Origin: Octopus sinensis
Taxonomy: Eukaryota
DNA length: 64,000 nt
Direction: 5' to 3'
Assembly (NCBI RefSeq): GCF_006345805.1
Contig: NC_043003.1
Span: 6,510,001-6,574,000 of the forward strand
Shown here: positions 61,150 through 64,000 of the stretch, piece after piece
Numbering within the stretch: position 1 is the first letter of the stretch
Layout of the letters: each line of letters opens with the position of its first letter
The notes under the pieces: generated by a model
Seen by the model: the letters and a program-made list of their open reading frames with translations, nothing else
The model's database searches: none
Told to the model about the DNA's origin: nothing
Made by a program: the position numbers and the translations under genes

Positions 61150-61440
61150 AGAACATGACGTCACCAACGGGAGGTATCAGTGGATTCACAGTGTAGTTTC
61201 GTATTTCATCCCGTCAGCTGTCTCCCGCTGAGGATGACATATGTGTGTGTTCAGGGAGAGAGAGAGAGAGAGAGAGGCTGTGTATTTTGTGACTGAGACA
61301 ACAGAGATGCAGCTGTAAGAGAAACGGTCAGGATGACTCAGTCAGCCTCACACCTGTCTGTCGCGTCATTTTATGCTTGGTCACAGCTCACTGGTGTATT
61401 GTGCACTGAACCGAAACGCACTCGGTTGCACCAGTTGACC
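61150..61440. promoter_or_regulatory. Enhancer/promoter-like unique segment (CRE, AP-1, E-boxes)
   Basis: TGACGTCA 61156, CAGCTG 61215 and 61310, TGACTCA 61334, CACCTG 61351; motifs only. Confidence 0.3.
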
Positions 61441-61819
61441 AGGACCTTAGCGCCGTTATTGCTGTCATCGCTGTGGTTGTTGTCGTCGCTTCCTTATGCG
61501 CATAATACTATACTCTTATATATATATACACACACACACACACATACATATATATATATATTATATATATATAATATATATATATATATACACTCACACA
61601 TACACACATATATATGTATGTATGCATGTGTATGTGTGTATGTGTATATATGTATATGTATATACTGTAAAGGTTAGAAAGACAGACAGACAGACAGAAA
61701 GATACATACATACATACGTACTTACGAAGGTACATACATACATACATGCATACATACATGCATACGTACATACATACATACATACATACATACATACATA
61801 CATACATACATAGAGGTGT

Positions 61820-62000
61820 TTAAGTTGGTGTGTTTGAGACCCCGTCCGTAACTTTGCGGTTCGGGAAATGAGACAGAATAATTACTAGACTTTAAAAAAA
61901 AGAATAAGTACTGGAGGCGACTTGTTCGACTAAAACGCTTCAAGGCGGTGCCCCAGCATGACCGCAGTCAAATGACTGAAACAAATAAAAGAATATAAGA
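61820..62000 (+). mobile_element. SINE family A body/tail
   Basis: aggcggtgccccagcatgaccgcagtcaaatgactgaaacaa. Confidence 0.8.
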
Positions 62001-63249
62001 ATGTTGTGTGTGTGTGTGTGTGTGTAGTAACAGGAGAAATAAAATATCCAGAGAGAAATTTGGTATCTGCCTGGATATTTTCATCATTTTCCAGAACGAT
62101 GAATAAGAAATTACAGAAGAAACGTTTGACTTCTTAGTATCTTCTGAACTTTAAAGACTTCATGAGTGAAGAGTATAACAATGGCTTCTAAAAGTCCAAT
62201 GATGTTTTCTTCTGGTTAAGAGAAGAATAAGATCTTTATTTACTCCATTACGAATCGTTTTCTGGATTTTGTCGGTACAGATTGTAATGAAGCTGCAGTG
62301 AAGACGCAGCAGTCTTTAGAACAAGATGTGCTCAATATTTTCATTTGAAGCACCTGGGGTAGGATGTGTCTCATTCCTGTCTCAGTGTCAAAGGCCAAAA
62401 GCTCATCATGAAGCTATTGTATAAGACCGTCTACACAGTATTCGGTCTAAGTGAGAAAGTGCAGGAAAAGTCAGCAGATTGACAGCAAGGTGTAGGTATC
62501 ATATTTGGGATATCAACAAATACTTGGTTACCTTCGAATTTCAAGTGATGTCAAACATTTGGTTTGAAGTTCTTATACTGACCTCGTGGGTCATGTGTAA
62601 CAACTTTAAACCAATTATTACGAAAAAAGAAAAAACATTGATCAACCATGGATAGATATCTTGAAACTGACAGAGAAACAGAATGAAATGCTCGCAAGTA
62701 CACGTTTCAATCAAAATAAGTATCAAATAGTTTTTGCTATTAACAGAAGATTCCCAACTGCAAAAGGGGTCCTAAAACTACTTCAAGGGGCAGGTTTTTC
62801 AGCATAATTAACTTTGTAATTATCTGTCTTTCACTTTCACACTTCTGCAGTGAGGGTCATTTGTTGATATTTTATGGCACTTGAAGCAATTAAATGAGAA
62901 TGATGTGTAACAAAAAGTTAATCAGCTTCGGCTGTGACACTCAAGTTAGATCTCAAGTGACACTCAGAGTAAAGTGTTTCTTTTCAAACGAAGTTTTTGA
63001 TGTGAATTTCAAAGTCAATGTTCTGTTACAGAAGTACATTTATGACGAAATAGTAAAACTGAGATGGGGCAATGTTCGTCCAAATGTTCCTCCGCTTTGT
63101 TGTATAAATATTTTTGTCATTGTCAGAAACAGAGATATCTGATAAGAGGTACTCAGAAACAGAGATATCATACCAGAAGGTTTCAATGGGTTGGTAATTT
63201 TGAATATCGATCAACGACAAAAGTGACTGATTTTTCTGGGGCTTGTTCC

Positions 63250-63335
63250 AAATGACCTTTCTAAAATTTTGCCAGGTGGCGCAATTAAGTTAGATATGGC
63301 TTGGATCGATATTGGCCAAACCTATCTAAGTTTGT
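63250..63335 (+). mobile_element. 3' UTR stub of the 9115-13763 LINE family
   Basis: ccaggtggcgcaattaagttagatatggcttgg...ggccaaacctatc matches 13690-13745. Confidence 0.75.
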
Positions 63336-63620
63336 CACAGTGATTGATGAATTTGTCCATAGAAAATGACAGAAAAAATTCCTGAAAGACTGATTACCAT
63401 TTCTCAGCAGAAATTCTCAAAATAGAAAGATAAAATCAGTTGTGTTTTTGACTTTATTACTCTGTTATGCTACATGTAAGGGTATTATGAATACTACATG
63501 TGCAGTGTGTCTGTATGCACACACACACGCATACACGCACACATGCACGCACGCACACGCGCGCGCACACACACACGCACACACACATACAGACACATGC
63601 ACACACATAAACATATATGC

Positions 63621-63682
<62 letters not shown>

Positions 63683-63723
63683 GCATATACGTATGTATAT
63701 GTATACACACACACACACACACA

Positions 63724-63766
<43 letters not shown>

Positions 63767-63767
63767 T

Positions 63768-63799
<32 letters not shown>

Positions 63800-64000
63800 C
63801 ATGTAGCCCATACATACATTAAATGCATTTAGCACTGATTACTAGAACACTTGTAGTTTGAGTGGCTGAGGGTGTATAATAAATATAGTTGCAGACGGTG
63901 TATAATTGATATCATAAGGGATGTATTATGCATACAGGAGAGAGTGTATAAAAATAGAGAACCACGTCTATTTATGGCAGAGGTGTCAACCAAATGCGTC

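Noticed and set aside
62080-62520. Possible coding exon
   Set aside because: Only short open frames (under 60 codons) with no recognisable homology.

Overview
AT-rich, microsatellite-saturated eukaryotic DNA. The SINE and LINE repertoire looks like an octopus (coleoid cephalopod) genome; this is from recall of the repeat families, not a database search. I recognise no host protein-coding exon, rRNA or true tRNA gene, so the window is probably intergenic or intronic. Most ORFs in the supplied track are translations of (TA)n, (CA)n, (TACA)n, (GATA)n or (TAA)n repeats. The real content is a dense layer of mobile elements: a near full-length CR1/L2-type LINE (9.1-13.8 kb) and truncated relatives, RTE, R4/Dong-like (RLE) and Tx1 LINEs, three tRNA-derived SINE families plus an RTE-tailed SINE body, Tc1, mariner, Tigger-like and hAT DNA elements, non-autonomous Helitrons, fold-back elements, and a 100-N gap. 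Best leads: (1) hammerhead-ribozyme-like motifs in small (TA)n-embedded, Penelope-like remnants, including a head-to-head pair in a hairpin whose loop is a SINE A-box, and a three-copy family with a variant core; (2) a LINE ORF1 with an apparent Myb/SANT-like domain, Q-rich linker and CCCH finger; (3) Tx1 copies sitting in (GATA)n, whose 3' end is shared with a SINE that also moves as a dimer and carries alternative tails; (4) a Tc1 with DD36E spacing. Many single-base frameshifts could be long-read consensus errors rather than true decay.
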